64,000 bases of DNA, taken from NCBI GenBank assembly GCA_011109175.1, contig RDEW01000058.1:6033-70032 (forward strand), in the 5' to 3' direction. Shown here one piece after another: positions 13,870 through 27,635 of this stretch (the first letter of the stretch is position 1; each line of letters opens with the position of its first letter). Position numbers and translations under genes: made by a program. This DNA comes from Dicyema japonicum. Taxonomy: Eukaryota; Animalia; Dicyemida. The notes beneath the pieces were generated by a model that was not told the DNA's origin, ran no database searches, and was given only the letters and a program-made list of their open reading frames with translations.

Positions 13870-14250
13870 CAATTAGAAAAATAAATTCCAAAGACAAAGG
13901 GTAACCAAACTAACTAACTCCTTGATTCACTTGAACTTGTCTTCAGGTAACGACGTTGTCCCCGGGGAAGTTTTGTTGAATCTTCTTGATGCCGGCCAGG
14001 CATTGGGACCCTCCTCAGTAAGGTGGATCCATTAACGCCATCGGAAGGAGAAAAATAATTTTGACAAACGATCCACGTTGCACCACATTGTATTATTTAT
14101 TTAATAACCCAGAAAAAGGAACATCAAGAAAGAAGGAGTAAACCAACTCATTAAGTGATCCCGGTACGCCTCAACAGAATCGAGAGGTGTTTCCTATGTT
14201 CCTCCAGAGTACCTACGGCTTTCCTGAATAGACAACGATCATCTTTCATT
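13870..14250 (-). mobile_element. Two adjacent LINE 3'-end remnants
   Basis: 13920-14095 matches 22880-23045 ('CGATWIVCQNYF' C-terminal segment, then TTAGTTAG). 14100-14170 carries CCGGGATCACTTAA plus an A/T tail on the minus strand. Confidence 0.5.
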
Positions 14251-14558
14251 AGAGTTTGAAGAGGGAGCCACGCGAAATTAAAAGTGTTCAATAAATGGTA
14301 TTCAAATAAGCATATAGTTAAAGTATATTATATTTTTTACGATTTTAAATTTTTTATATTATTTAAGTATAAATTAATTTTTATTAATAATAATATTTCA
14401 GTATGGTCAACCAACATATAGTAATAGTCTAAATCGCGGTTAGACTGCATTTTTTGTTAACCGCAGTTGCTACTTTATTTTCGTGCAATTTTTTTTCATT
14501 GTTGAAACTATCAGGACTATCAAAATTTTATCGAATAATTTTTCGATTTATCTCTCAT

Positions 14559-17500
14559 TATTATTATTATTTTATTTAAAGCACTCCCGAGAAGTCATAA
14601 AATTAATCAAGCCTCCCTTGTGCCGTATTTCTAGCCATCCTCTCTATCAGCCTTTTCCAGGACCCTCTACTTCGTGCCAGTTCCCTTAAGGTATCTAGGT
14701 CGTCTGCGGAAGTGAGCTTCAGTCCCACAGCCGACAGGTCTCCATTCAAAATAGTTGGGAGTGTGACTCTTGGTCTTCCACGGAAACCGGCTCCCGTATG
14801 CATTAGGTAGTTTTCCATGGCGATATTCGCGGGTACTTGAGCATTTAGACGTAAGATATGTCCAAAGAGACTCCATCTTGATCTGAAGATCTCCTCGGAT
14901 AGTATACCAGATTTGCACTTCGAGTAGAGGTCATTGTTTGAGATCTTCTTAGGCCACTTGATCTTGATTACTGATTTCAATTGTGTCCTGTGGAAAGCGT
15001 CAAGACGGTCCATCTCTTGTTTAGAGATTCCCCAAGTGCCTGAATTGTAGGTCAGGACGGGGATGACAAAAGCCTTATATATTCTGAGTTTGGTGTTTAA
15101 TCCCATCCTCTTCTTATGACCCCACATATTCGATACTTTCTTTAGTGCACACATTGCGAGGATTTTCCTCCGAGAAACATCTTCTGAGTCCCCGAGAAGC
15201 GAACCCACCTTCTTTTGCTTTCTCCAAGACTCGTCCGATCTTCGATCATTGCGTGTAAGTGTTGTGAACTCTGTTTTATCGGTGTTAACGGTTAAGAACC
15301 ATTTCGAGAATACGTGTGGAAGAACGTTAAGCATGTGTTGAAGTACTTGAATATCCTCAGAAACAAAGTCCAGGTCGTCCGCGTAGATTATCTCGTTATA
15401 ATTGTTGCCAACCAGGGGTCTGAACTCTCTTAGTGCGGCCTCAAGGTAGACAATAAAGAGGACCGGGGATAGTGAGTCCCCCTGTGGAACTCCACGTGAG
15501 GTCGAAAAAAAGTTAGAGGTAGAGTCACCAATTTTGACGGCAAGTTGAGTGTTCCGCATGAGTAAGTGTATTATTTTGACATCGTCAGGCAGTAGAAAAC
15601 TCTCCAACACTTCCATAAGTTTTCCACGGTCCACCGAGTCGAACGCACGGGACATGTCGATACCAAGTATCTCAATAGATTTTTTGTATTTTTGGCACAG
15701 GGCACAATACCACCTGTGCCCCCATACCACGTCAGCCGTGGACCTGCCCGTCCGGAATCCACTTTGGCCGTCCGAAAGAAATATGTTCACCCTCTCCTTT
15801 ATTCGGTTTAAAGCAATGAGGGATAATGTTTTTCGTATGGAGGTTAGGAGTATAATAGGTCTGAAGTTGTGAGGGGGCCTTTACTTTTTCCCGGTTTTTG
15901 TAGTGGAATTAGCCACCCTTTTCCCAGTTCCAGTTCATCTGCACCCTCGAGAGACCGGTTGAAAATGTTAGTAATCATTTCAATTAGCTCCTCCGGGCCG
16001 TATTGTAAAAGTTCTGCAGTAATGAAGTCTGGTCCGGCAGATCTTCCGGTATTTAATTTTTTAATAGCTTGTTGAGTTTCGGATATGGTAATAGGGCTAG
16101 TTAGAGTGTACTTGTAAGACTTCCGAGATTTCATTGCTTGGTCAGCCGCGTCCTGTTTGTTGAACATAAGGTCAAAATGGGATGCCAGAACGTTTGCTTT
16201 GTTAATGGTCCCGATAACGTCGTGACCAAGGTTGTCATGGACAGTTAACGAAATTGGACAGTTTTCTCTGCTAAGAAGCCGGATTGCTTTGAACATTCTT
16301 GGTCCGTTCTTGTACTTTAATATGTCTGAGATTTTCTCCTCAGCTTCATTTTTGGCAAGGAATCTTTGTATTTGTTTGATCTTCGTTAAGACTCTCCCTC
16401 TCTGGGTGCGCAGTACTTTGATATCTTCCGGAGCGTTTGTGTTTTCCATCCGGAGTCTGAGCTCTTTCTGTGTTACAGAGAGTTGTCCGATATCCGGATT
16501 ACATTGTTTGTGACGAGATTTGGTGATGTGACCAAGCACACTAAAGGCTGTGTTTTGGATAGCAACCACTATTTCATCCCATAAGCTGTTTGTCGGCTGA
16601 TTTTGGTTAATACTGTTGATGCTATCTCTCAGAACTGCACTATAACGACATTTGGTGGATTCTTCGTAGCGTAACCTCTCAGTGTCGAAACGTACTGAGG
16701 TAAGGCCTTTGTGTTTCCCGTGTATTCCATGGATTCTTTTAAGTACTAGCCGGGCGACCACAAGTTTATGATCGCTACTTGTTTCAAGTCCACCGTAAGA
16801 TCTCGAGTCCTGTAGGAGGGCCTTCTGATGTTGCTTGCAGATAATATAGTCGATCTGATTGTATATATTGACTGTGTTTCCAGATTTGCCTTTTCTGGTA
16901 CCAACCCACGTGGTCCTGTGTCTTGCCGGGTGCTTGAAACAAGTGTTGCATATGAGTAGGTTGAATGCCGTGCAAAATTGTATTAATGCCTCTCCGGGGA
17001 TGTTACGGCGGTTTCTACCGTGGGATCCAATACACGTTTCACCAGGTCTTGCTTTTCCGGCCCTGGCGTTCCAGTCCCCGGCGATAAAAAGAAAGTAAGA
17101 GGATGAAAGTGAGTTGTACACACTTGTGAGAGTAGAGTAAAACGTATCCAGTTCTTCGATATTCGTTGATACACGTGCTCCGGTTGGGGCATATACATTT
17201 ATGATGGAGATCACTGAGTTGAGTTTGTTTCCGCATTTGATTTGTAACACCGCGACACGGTCAGATACTGCCCATACTCTTGAGACACAGTGAAACAAGT
17301 GCCGATGAACAGCAAATCCGAGCCCATAGTGCCTGCAGTCTGGTGTGAGGGTCAAAAGGTAAAAATTCTGAAACAGTTCTGCAGATTGTTCGGTTATTTT
17401 CGTCTCTTGCAAACAACAGACAGAGATGTTGTATTTACTCAGATCACGCGCCAATTGTTGTTTCTTGTAGCACTGATTGAGGCCTCGGCAGTTGAGGGAT

Positions 17501-17577
17501 CCAAGAGTGAGGGGAGAAACTGGTAAGCAATACGAAGAAGACATAGTGCAAGTAGAGGGACGTCACCACCTCAAACC
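14559..17577 (-). mobile_element. Full-length RTE-clade-like LINE (~3.0 kb, single ORF, APE plus RT)
   Basis: 13-bp direct repeat ATTTATCTCTCAT at 14546-14558 and 17578-17590 (target-site duplication), (AAT)n tail and ~33-nt 5' UTR. APE motifs CLQET, GDWNA, IDY, SDH; RT motifs GVPQGDSLSP and YADD. Confidence 0.95.
14603..17544 (-). CDS. RTE ORF (~980 aa, endonuclease plus reverse transcriptase), split by one -1 frameshift at the G5 run 15873-15877
   Basis: ORFs 15844-17544 and 14603-15790 join as 'KGP(P)HNFRPIILLTSIRKTLSL...NIFLSDGQSGFR' if one base is added. The related copy at 55860-55960 reads 'GPVENLRPVILL' across the same site. Confidence 0.9.
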
Positions 17578-19044
17578 ATTTATCTCTCATATAATTTTTT
17601 TAAATTGCTTTTAATAGTAAAGATGGTATTATTGCCGAAAATACACCAAAATTCTACTACATTTACGTACATAAAATTATTTCTCATATTTTTTATTTTG
17701 GAACACTTCTACTATTTATCTCAATCTATTCTATGTGGGGGAAATGCTATATTTTTATCTCCTTCCAATATTATTGCCCAAAAGCTAGTTGCATATGTTT
17801 TGAACATTTTTCGAATTTAAAGTGTGACTCGAAAACTTGTTAACTTATGTATGATTTGAAGGATGTCTTTCACCGAAGCTTAAATTCAAGGTTTTTTCTC
17901 AATCAATAAGGCGAGTGCTTATTTTTGATTATCCCATGTGATATGAAGTCCTCAAAAAAATCTCCACGTGTCTAGAATGATTAAGCATGTTATGAAACAT
18001 CACATACTAACTAAAGTGAAATTCTTTGGTTGAGCAGATGGTCTATTTTCTCCATTTCAGTCATGCTGTTCACGTCTTATAAATTATTGTAATGCCTCCT
18101 TGTTTATTTAAAAAAACTTTTTGATTTTTTAATTCTTTCCGTTCGAGGAAGGGAAGCCATTAGTATGGGATTCCATGTGCATTGCCCCCCGTAGTTGTCG
18201 GAAACTCGTCAAAAACTTGTTAGACACGTTGTATGCTCCGGAAAAGGTTATAATACAAAGTGCTGTTGGACCGGTTCACATTCCAGCCCATAGTAGTTGA
18301 GAAAACTAAATGAATAATCGGGAAATCGATTCGTTTCTTCTAGAAGCTGGAACATATGGCTACACTCAAAATCCACGAACACACGTGAGATTCAGTGGTT
18401 TCTACTGTTGATTTGTTGCAATCGTAATATATCATTTTTTAAATAATTTAAATAATAAAATTAATTTGTCTAATTTTATAGTTAATATAAGTAATGATCT
18501 TTTTCAAGTATAATTGATATAACGCTGTATCTTAAGATAGTAGTAAAGATCAACTAAAGCAGCCCCAAATACATTTCTATAAATTTTAAATATCGGTTCT
18601 GCTTTAGTGACAATACAATTATGGACGTTTAGCTACTCTTATGTAAAAATGTGACAGCTCTGTCTGATTGTAGGGCAGGTTGGTGATTTTTCTTATTTAT
18701 CATGAAGAGGCACGTACTATCTTAGGAGAATGTTTGATGTGCTACTGTTAAGGAATTAACACAAGGATAAACATTGGATATTAGCACAGAATAATCTACT
18801 TCATGTATTATGTGAGTCCGTTGACAGAATATGTGAAGTTCAAACTCTAAGAATAATTCCTATTAGTTTTAAATTATCGATGAGCCACAATCCATAAGGA
18901 GGAATATATGATTATTTATCAGACTAAAGAAATAACGAAGGTAGTAAAATGAACGGTCGGTTACTCTTCTAGCATAAGAAGTGTTAACCTTAAATAGAAA
19001 TTTTGTGATTTTTTCTATTCTAATATTATTGTCAACTCCAGTTT

Positions 19045-20925
19045 CGCCGAGAAAGAAGTTAACAGTTGACAACGAATTAAGTTTATCCAGTTACCAATTT
19101 CACAGTAAGAGAGTCCTTCCAAAGTCACACGAGTTCATCCAGGACCAGCATAAAAAGTAGAAGATGCCCATTCCTTGAAAACCCTTTCAGTAGAGTATCG
19201 AATATTCAAGATGAGTCAATTCCTATTTTTTCATAGAAAGTATAGAATTTTGGGTACAAAAAATTATGACTATTATACGTGAAATTTTATAATTTAATTA
19301 TAAACACAAATTCCTGAAATGATTATTAAACATAAAAATAAACGAACGAGACACTCATGGACTTCCGGTATTTAATAATCTTAACGGCAGAATCGAGTTT
19401 CACAAATCAAAATTAGAAGAAATTAATAACAGCATAATGGTTAATCTTCGCGAACTCTCAGCTGAAGAACCACCTTCGACTGATTCTGCAATGGAAAATA
19501 CTCTAGCTAAATCTGTTTCATCATTAATACAGGCTTTAGCTGAACGGTCATCGCAAATCCCTGTTATTCAGGATGTACTTTAGGTATTTTGGTATTTTAA
19601 CTATAGGAACATGAATATTTTACTAAAATACTTTATAAATTGAGAAATCTAAGACGATGCCTCAATATTTTCTTTAATTAATAATATTTTTATTTTTTCG
19701 AGGTTTAAGTTAATAAACTAAGTTTCATTTTTCATTATTACCACAGCAACGGAAATCAATTAGAAAAGTCACTGTGTTTCACAACACGTGGCTTTAAATT
19801 TATAAAGAAGTCTAGTCTCTTAAAAAAAGTCATTTACTCTGTTTTACCTCCACTTTTTACTACAACAGTTGTGGGGAATGTGGACCGATAAAGGATCTTT
19901 TCTTAGTTCTTCTATCTATACTTCCCGTATTTTTCGTTTTAAAAAGGTTTTGCATGAATAAAGTCAGTCTTTGTGGCTTTGTAGAATTATAATCACAGAT
20001 AAACCGGGATCACTGGTGTAAAAATGAAAAAGAATGTCCTCACATAACTAAGTGATCACAGACCTCATTTAAAAGTCTAATAATTGTTGTCATCTTTATT
20101 TAAATTATATTTAAATATACTTTGTCAACAGATTCAATTCTTATAAAGATTTTACAAAGTCATATCTGAGTTAACTGCCTACATTTGTAGCGAACAGACC
20201 CGATTTCTCATTCTTATTAAACAACTACAAAATAGCTTTTTTGGTAGTGGCTATGAACGAGATATTTATGTTATTTAAAAATAAATTTATATAAATAATA
20301 ATATATTTCAGTATGGCCAACCACTATATAATAAAATTTTAAACTCGGAGTATAACCACATTATTATTCCAGTTATTTTTAGTTTATTAGTATAATTTCT
20401 TCATTATTGAAAATTTGTGTAATATTCTCTTCAATATTGAATACAATCAGATTGATCACAATTTTATTGAATAAATTTTTGATTCATCTCTCACGTGTTT
20501 TTACATTGCTTTAATTTTGAAGACGGTATTACTGAAAATACATTAAATATTTATACATTCCACATAATTTGGTTCATCGTTTAAATCGTACATAATATTT
20601 TTATTACAAATTTTATCGAACCAACGAAAGTTTTTATTGGAAATAAGACAGTTAGGAAACTTGTTTTATCACTTTTCCTTTATACTGATTTCAGATTTCT
20701 CATCAATTTCCTAGTTAAGACGTTAACCAATGATTTATGTTGTTTCTGGTGTAGATGGAGGTCATTGGATTTTTTTCTTTATCGGATATGGAGTTCACAA
20801 AATTTTGATAGAGTCTGATATCATTTTGATGCTAATATGGATGTTAGTTCAATAATAGGATATTTGGTGGATCTGTACAGTATTGATGAAAGATTCCGTG
20901 GAAATTAAACAAAAGCATTTAACTG
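19045..20925 (-). repeat. Right arm of the ~1.9 kb inverted duplication (partner 4490-6372)
   Basis: Reverse complement aligns along its length, e.g. 20820-20925 with 4490-4590 and 19045-19200 with 6225-6372. Confidence 0.9.
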
Positions 20926-21499
20926 AGGCTCTTGATCCTTTGATAACTCTAGAAGGCTTTGCTTGGAAACAAATCAATGACATTTAATTCGTCTATCCCT
21001 AGACGCACAATTCAAACAACAGATTTGGCGGTGTTTGATATATTACTTTATTACTCTCTGAGTAACTCTTGATTCTCCAGATGAGAAGTTTAGTAAAATT
21101 TTTCCTGGACTGATTTATCTGATTTTCCAATGGTGTCAGATTTGCTTTATAAACGTTCAAAATGAGATATAATTTGACTCTATAATAAAACTATTACTAC
21201 AGCCATCATCTCACTATGTCATTTACTATTCTGTTAATTTTGATAAAGTGGAATTTGTTCTACTCTTTGCAGCATTAAATCTCAATTTCTACATAACATC
21301 ATTAATTCTCAGCTAATTTCAATAAGATGTCTATTTATCGTAATAAATTGAAATCGTCCTATGAATAAGCTATTTTCATTGAGTGGAATCTATTATTGTG
21401 TTTGCCATCGTTTTTGAAATTTATTAAATTTTATTATAATTTTTGTTTATATCTCCAAAATGTAGTACTCAGGCTGTATTCGTTAGAATCAGCGTTATT

Positions 21500-22720
21500 C
21501 CTATTTTATTCATTTTGTTACACTTGAATTTCCATATTCTGTTATTTCAAGAATACCACAAGTTCATGGACTAGCGAGCCTTTTAATAGAGGAAATCAAA
21601 TAGAAGACTTATCCAACATAATCACCCCAGGTGTTGTTTGGACTCGTGAGTGTATATTAAGGATTTTTTGAAAGTCGTATTCAAATGAACGAATTATTAG
21701 TCGCCAGTTTAAATCGAGTAATCTCAGTTTCTTCAATACCACTTAATGTTCCTCGGTGATCTCCAACTTGATGCATTTTTGCCTTCTACGTTGCATCATT
21801 GTTGTCTATCTCTAAGATAGGTCTTTTCCATTAGTGAATCAATCCACGTGGACCCTCCCATAGGTACTTCCCTTTCTATTGGTGTTTGATGTAAAAAGTA
21901 TCTCCAATCATTATTGATTTCTACTTCATGGCCTTGATGAATATAGATGATTGAAATTTTTCGTATTTATGTTGCGGAATAATAAATAGAAAAATAGATT
22001 CCAAAATTAATTCGCGAATATTGGATTGTCCCATTATCGCGTTATCTTAACATTACTCACATTTTATAAGTCCGATTCTCTAAAAAGGTTTTCCACGTGA
22101 GATCTATGGATAATTATTGAAGAGTTAGATAACCCACTCATGTAAGTCTCTCTGATCTGTGTTTGTCTTTGTTCGTGAAATTCTACTACTCCAAGAGTTA
22201 TGTAATATGTTATATTGCAAGATTTGGAGAATTCGATCATAAGTGCCCCATTGTATACTATTTTTGATAACAAAATGGGAGGGACAGATGAGACGAGAAA
22301 TGGCTGATTGAGCTCATTTCCATACAAATCATATGAGCGAATGCACTCCTAGGATGAGACCAACACTAATTTATAGCACTTTGGAAAACTAAAAAATCCT
22401 TTGTTATCAATAAAAATGCGTTTATCCCTTATTACTCACACATGGATTACTTTTTCATCAATAGATGTTTAGTTAGTAAGCTAGTTAATTGCACTCCCAA
22501 GTTGCACATGAGCACATGAATACTTAGGGTTCTGGTGTGCCGTTCTCACTGTCAGTTATACCAGTTTTCTACATGCAACTTCCTCCTTGCACGTCTCCTC
22601 AGTTCATCGAGGTGGCCCGAGGCCACGCTAGTTTTGTATCGTTTTAAATCCATGCATAAGGTCTCCTGCTTAATGTTCGAAACCAGTCCTCTGACATTGA
22701 AATTTGCGATTGTATCGTGG
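21500..22720 (-). mobile_element. Degraded Ty3/gypsy RT-RNaseH remnant
   Basis: 'IEREVPMGGSTW...KTYLRDRQ', 'GDHRGTL' and 'WRLIIRSFEYDF' occur in the order expected for E.E.LA..W / TDH / RW.L.L.EYDF of gypsy RNaseH. Confidence 0.4.
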
Positions 22721-22877
22721 TAGAATAAACAGACTGTTAGTACGATAAAGACATAGGCATTATTAGAAAGGTGTCAACCACTCAACCAACCAGTTTAAAA
22801 GGATGATTCAATTTTTGAATTATTATTTTATTTTTTAATTATTAATAAAATTTGGTTTATAATATTTTTTTTATTTT

Positions 22878-23060
22878 AGCTACGAACTTGTCACCAGGTA
22901 GCGACGTTGTCCCGGGGAAGAATTGTTGGATCCTCTTGATGCCGGCCAGGCATTGGGCGCCTCTTCAGTAAGGTGGATCCAGTGACGCCATCGGAAGGAA
23001 GGAAAATAATTTTGAAAAACTATCCACGTAGCACCACATGGCGCCACGCGAATCTGTTGC
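22878..23060 (-). mobile_element. LINE C-terminal remnant (same family as 13920-14095 and 130-270)
   Basis: Direct similarity to 13920-14095; reads 'RVAPCGATWIVFQNYF'. Confidence 0.5.
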
Positions 23061-23764
23061 GTCGAATTCATTGTGTTTAAGTTTCTGCCTTCACATAAAC
23101 TCGGCAAAATAACTGTTAGATGTTGACGTGTGGTTCAATTTTTTGTTCTGCCATTTAGCACTATCTCAGATTCTGTAATATTTTTATGAGAACCTTTCTA
23201 TGTGGTGTATATGGGCACCAGTAATCGGATCAATAAGATGATGCCAATGCAGGGTCGCCACATTTATTCTTTCGTTAAGAAAATAGACTTTTGTCAATTT
23301 CTACCATCAACTCTTCACGCCTATCGTATAATACTGATTTTTGATTTGATCGATGTAATCAAGCATGTTCACAGATCTCTCGGACAAACATTAAACAGTC
23401 TCTAATGTCGTTGAACTCAAACGAGATTGTCTTGACTATTCTTTAGGTCTAATTTGGGAACTCCACATAAAATTGAATGAAAATTCACGGATACACCACA
23501 TTTTTTCAAAAGTCCCAAAATATATCTCCGTTTGCGAGGCCTCTGAGTTAAACTGTGATTGCATTCCAAATTTTATTGATGACTTCCGTACCAATTCTTT
23601 TAATCTCTCCGGCGATTTCGGAAGTGATTGGGACAAATGGGAAACACCGAAGGATGAATACCTCTTCAATTTTCTCGTTCTTTAGTGTCGGTTTTTGGTG
23701 AATAAATTGACCCCCGTCACGTCCGGTACAGAATCTTCCAATGTAGGGTCAATTGAGTTGAATT

Positions 23765-23900
23765 TATTAATTTGAGGACCCCAAGATCATAAGAAAGATT
23801 AAAAACCACTAACTAAGTGATCCCAGCATCAATTAAATTCTGGATCCTCCTTGCAATGTCCCAACTGTAGAACGCTAATGCCTACAAAGGAACTCAATCG
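23765..23900 (-). mobile_element. LINE 3' end with GGGATCAC stem-loop
   Basis: Reverse complement reads CTGGGATCACTTAGTTAG...ATGATCTTGGGGT...AATAAA. Confidence 0.55.
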
Positions 23901-25379
23901 GGATCTCTCTCTTTAGGATCGATCGATGTTGCTATGCTCGAGAAATCGCATGGCCCAATGAGTTTCTTTTTTACAGAAACACAGGAATTCGCTGCCATGG
24001 TTCTTGTGGACTTTTCTGAAAGAAGAGTAGGAAGAGGGGGTTGTAATAGTTTAGGATGCAACGTGCCGTTTTTAGTGTAGCATCATGCGGTTCACCAGTT
24101 GTGGTGTGCTCAGTGTAAGATCAGCATTAAAAAAGAATCGTTCAGCATTCTCCGTCCCTCCACAGCCTCGTTTTGGGAGACCAAGTGCCTCTAAATTAAG
24201 GGATCTCCCAAAAACAAGTGTTATGCATATTATTTAATCTCAAATATAAAAATAATTTTAGGAAAGTAATCGGTTATCTGACTCCAGTTTTTATTATGTT
24301 TATTACGTTTTTCATCGATTATGGTGGACACTAGTAGAAATATTTGAGCGACTCGGGAGATAGTAGAAAATATCTCCTCCAAATTAACAACTGAATTTTA
24401 CGTTTTTTTAACTACCGTATAATTTTTTAGTTTCTATATCCCCATTATATATTATTAATATCGTCGCTTTGAGAATTCAACGTTTTGTTCTGCAAGGTTA
24501 TCTTCAATTGTCTGAGAATCACGATCTTTTTGATTTCAACGATTTGAAAAGAAATTGCATCAACTTTTCCCCAGTTTTTGGAAACTAGCATAATTAGCTA
24601 ACCTAGGCTCAATTGTTTCATCTCCGTCGTGCAATCACAATAATTCTACCATGAATTTATAATAAAGATCTTTCACGTTTTTTATTATTTTAAGGTTGTA
24701 AACAGGATTTAGAATTTTTCAAAAAATAAAAATTTAATATTGCTACTTTTTATTTTTTACAATAATAAAATTGTCAAGTAATAATCTCCTGGTGAATATA
24801 TGATTATTAAAATTTTTCCGGCGAAGAATGAAGCGGTGGTATTACGTGTAATGAAAACGAAAGAAGGCTGACTTACTTCTTCCCCTGTTTTCGGAAGCAG
24901 AAACCTGTAATAGACTATCGGAGGATTGATTTGGTTGTCACAGGAAGACGTTCTCCCCTGGGTTTTTTTGGATTAATTATATGTACTGTTTTGTTGGTCT
25001 TACCAAAGATGTTTTTTCGTAGTCAAAAACTATTCACAACAAAAATATTATAAACTGCGATTCCTGGCCGACATTCAAATGATTATCTCTTAATTCCAAT
25101 GATAAACAGTTTTGGTACCGACCCCAGCATCTCGGAGAAAACCCTCTGGATCACTGTGCTTGGATGAGAGTTCTACTGGAACGCGCTAGGATCACTGGTT
25201 TAATATTTTGTCTTTAACTTTAGAGCAGCCACTCTTGACTCAAAGAACCTTCAGGAGTTGTTAACTTTTATAACTAATTATCCCTTTGGATAATGGCTCA
25301 AAATTCGTGCAAACAGTTGTTGATTGGCTGACATTTCTCAAATAACTTATAAGAATTAAAAAAATTAAGTCTTCTAAAA

Positions 25380-26240
25380 CGACTTTTAAGTCTTCATTTA
25401 ATGCAGATTGTAGAGTTGTACTGAGCCTTTTTTGGTATACTCAACATTCTTCCATGTAATATTTTCCATCACCCGGTTTCCTGTACACCCAACTCCATCC
25501 TCAAAATGTAACCGAAAAGTCTCCATCTCGATCGTTGGATTTCCATCGACAGTGGTTCGCTATTATTAATTTGTATAAGTTTGCGTCAGTTATCCTCATA
25601 GTGTATCGCATACATTCTTGAACCTGACACGGCAAAAGCTGTCACTACTCTCCATAGAGTGTTATGGCAGGCCCATGCCCCCAATTATATATTAGGATAG
25701 GTAAGAAAAAGATTGCATATCTTTACTTTGTGATTACTGCACGTTTCAATAACAAATAAGATCTCGAGTTTCGTATAAGGTTTTGTTACTTCTACACAAA
25801 ATATAGTCGATTTCGTTGTATATTTTAATCAGGTTCCATTTTTGTCCTTTTGAACAAAGTAGTCTTGTGTCTTAGGATGATCGAAAGCTGTATAAACAAG
25901 TTGTGGATCAGCAGAATTGGACTAATGATAGCAGTAGAGGAATTTCGACGGTTCCGAAATACAAGTCTCCTCATTTCGGCTTTACCAACTATGGCATTCC
26001 AATCTCCACCAATCAACGTCAGAAACGATTACGAAAGTAAATGAATGTCCCAGTCAAGCATGAATAGAACACGATAAGCTCTATAGGGTCTGCATTAACC
26101 CAAACAGCAGTTGGGGGGTTAGACCTTAATAATAGAGATGGCAGAACTGGGTTTCACTCTGAACTTGAATTGTAGTCCTACAATGCGAACGCCACACAAT
26201 GTTATAAAAGTCTCTGTGACTGGGAATCCAAGCCTATAAT
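25380..26240 (-). mobile_element. Internally deleted RTE remnant
   Basis: APE fragment 'IGGDWNAIVGKAE' (25825-26016) sits directly upstream of the RT C-terminal 'LSMEIQRSRWRLFGYILRM'. Confidence 0.6.
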
Positions 26241-26469
26241 GTCAGCAATCAGAGTCCACATCAATAATATAATAATCCTACAATTACGTAGTAAATATTT
26301 GATAATTTTCGTCTTTAAGAAAGCAATACTGACTCCATGGATTGATAAATTGCAAAGTTGATATTTTTTGAACGTATTAGTATAGAAAGTACCGTTTATA
26401 ATAAAATAAATATTATTTTAAACAAAATGATTTGATTGTCAGCTCTGAAGGCTACAGGCTTCCCATCAC

Positions 26470-26875
26470 AGCTTGAACCCGTGGGTCTCGATCGAGGAGA
26501 CGGAAAGAGACCTGACCCTTTTCCCTTACACATCCGGAAGATCTTTGGTCTGGGACGCAAATTGTGTTGATACGTATTCAAGCACAAACCTCCTTAAATC
26601 AGTTCAGACACCTGGAGCAGCTGCTTCAATTGCGGAAAACCTAAAAATCAAAAAGTATTCTTGCCTCGGGACCGGTGCCGCTTTACTCCTGTTGCGGTCG
26701 AGTCATCAGGAGCCGTTGGTCCAATGACGGCTGAGTTCTTGCGCGAGCTCGGAGGAATGGTTGCCAGAAAAAAGGGATCAACAGGAAGGGTTCTGGCTAA
26801 GACAAAGGATTAAGTGACCTTACTCCGAGGGAACTCATTCGCAATCCACGCAGCAGGCTTCCTCAATTAACATTT
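26470..26875 (+). mobile_element. CRE-clade 3' remnant
   Basis: 'RDLTLFPYTSGRSLVWDANCVDTY...GAAASIAENLKIKKY' matches the PD..WD.T..DT restriction-like nuclease signature. Near-identical to 6820-7110. Confidence 0.8.
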
Positions 26876-26949
26876 GTTTTTTTATCTATATTATAAAATT
26901 TAAATAAAATTAATTTAAATAAACATAACATAATTATTTAAATTAAAAA

Positions 26950-27635
26950 CAAAATAATGAATGAAGCGGAGACTCGACACATCAGCAGCAAAGTCCTTCG
27001 TCACACTGTTTACCACCTACAAAAGACAGCTCTGTATCGAACCAAAAGTCTTTATGAAGAACGAAACTATCTATATTAACAAAACACCGAAGATTCTGGG
27101 AGTAACCATTGATCAGGACTCACCTTTATCCGGTATGTTGAAAACAAAGTAACTTATGCTTTGAAAAAAATGAGAATTTTAAAAGTGCTCTCAAAAACAC
27201 TAAGAGACCAAACTGGTGTCCTTGCCACGATTTACAAACAATTTATCCGACAAACGATGACGTATGCAAGTCCTTCATGGGCAATGAAAATGTTACGATC
27301 TTCCTCATTGAAATTATCCGCAATCGAGGAGACTGCAATAAAGTTAATTGGACCAGAACACAATATCCAACCTATTGAAAACTTTTTAATCGAACTACAA
27401 CGGAAACTATTAAAGAAGGCTATTCTACCGAGCTGCCCTCTATTCCAAATACTATCGAATTATCTACAATCATAAAGAAATTTGAGCCGATGCCATGTCC
27501 AATGAGAAGAGCTGTTTAGGATTTTCGACCCCGCCGAACTCGTCCTCACCTTTGTCGGTCAGGGATCACTTAGTTAGATGAGAACTTTTATTTCTTTCAT
27601 TTGACCCAGTGATCCTGGGGGTAATAATAATAATA
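26950..27635 (+). mobile_element. 5'-truncated I/Jockey-group LINE (RT C-terminus, 3' UTR, (AAT)n tail)
   Basis: 'PKILGVTID' and 'YKQFIRQTMTYASPSW'. Hairpin AGGGATCACT (27561-27570) / AGTGATCCT (27608-27616) followed by GGGGGTAATAATAATAAT. Confidence 0.75.

Noticed and set aside
15549-17526. Several overlapping or antisense ORFs inside the RTE
   Set aside because: Shadow ORFs from the higher GC content of the element; no independent motifs.
4490-20925. Polinton/Maverick with long TIRs
   Set aside because: The interior has no DNA polymerase B, packaging ATPase, protease or capsid ORFs, and the arms are composites of other TE remnants.
22900-23000. Possible hammerhead or HDV-like ribozyme (CTGAAGAG core, ATGCC/GGCAT hairpin, GGCCGGCAT)
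   Set aside because: No GAAA after a stem II and no HDV P1 partner strand. The segment reads as the C-terminal coding end of the LINE family also at 130-270 and 13920-14095.
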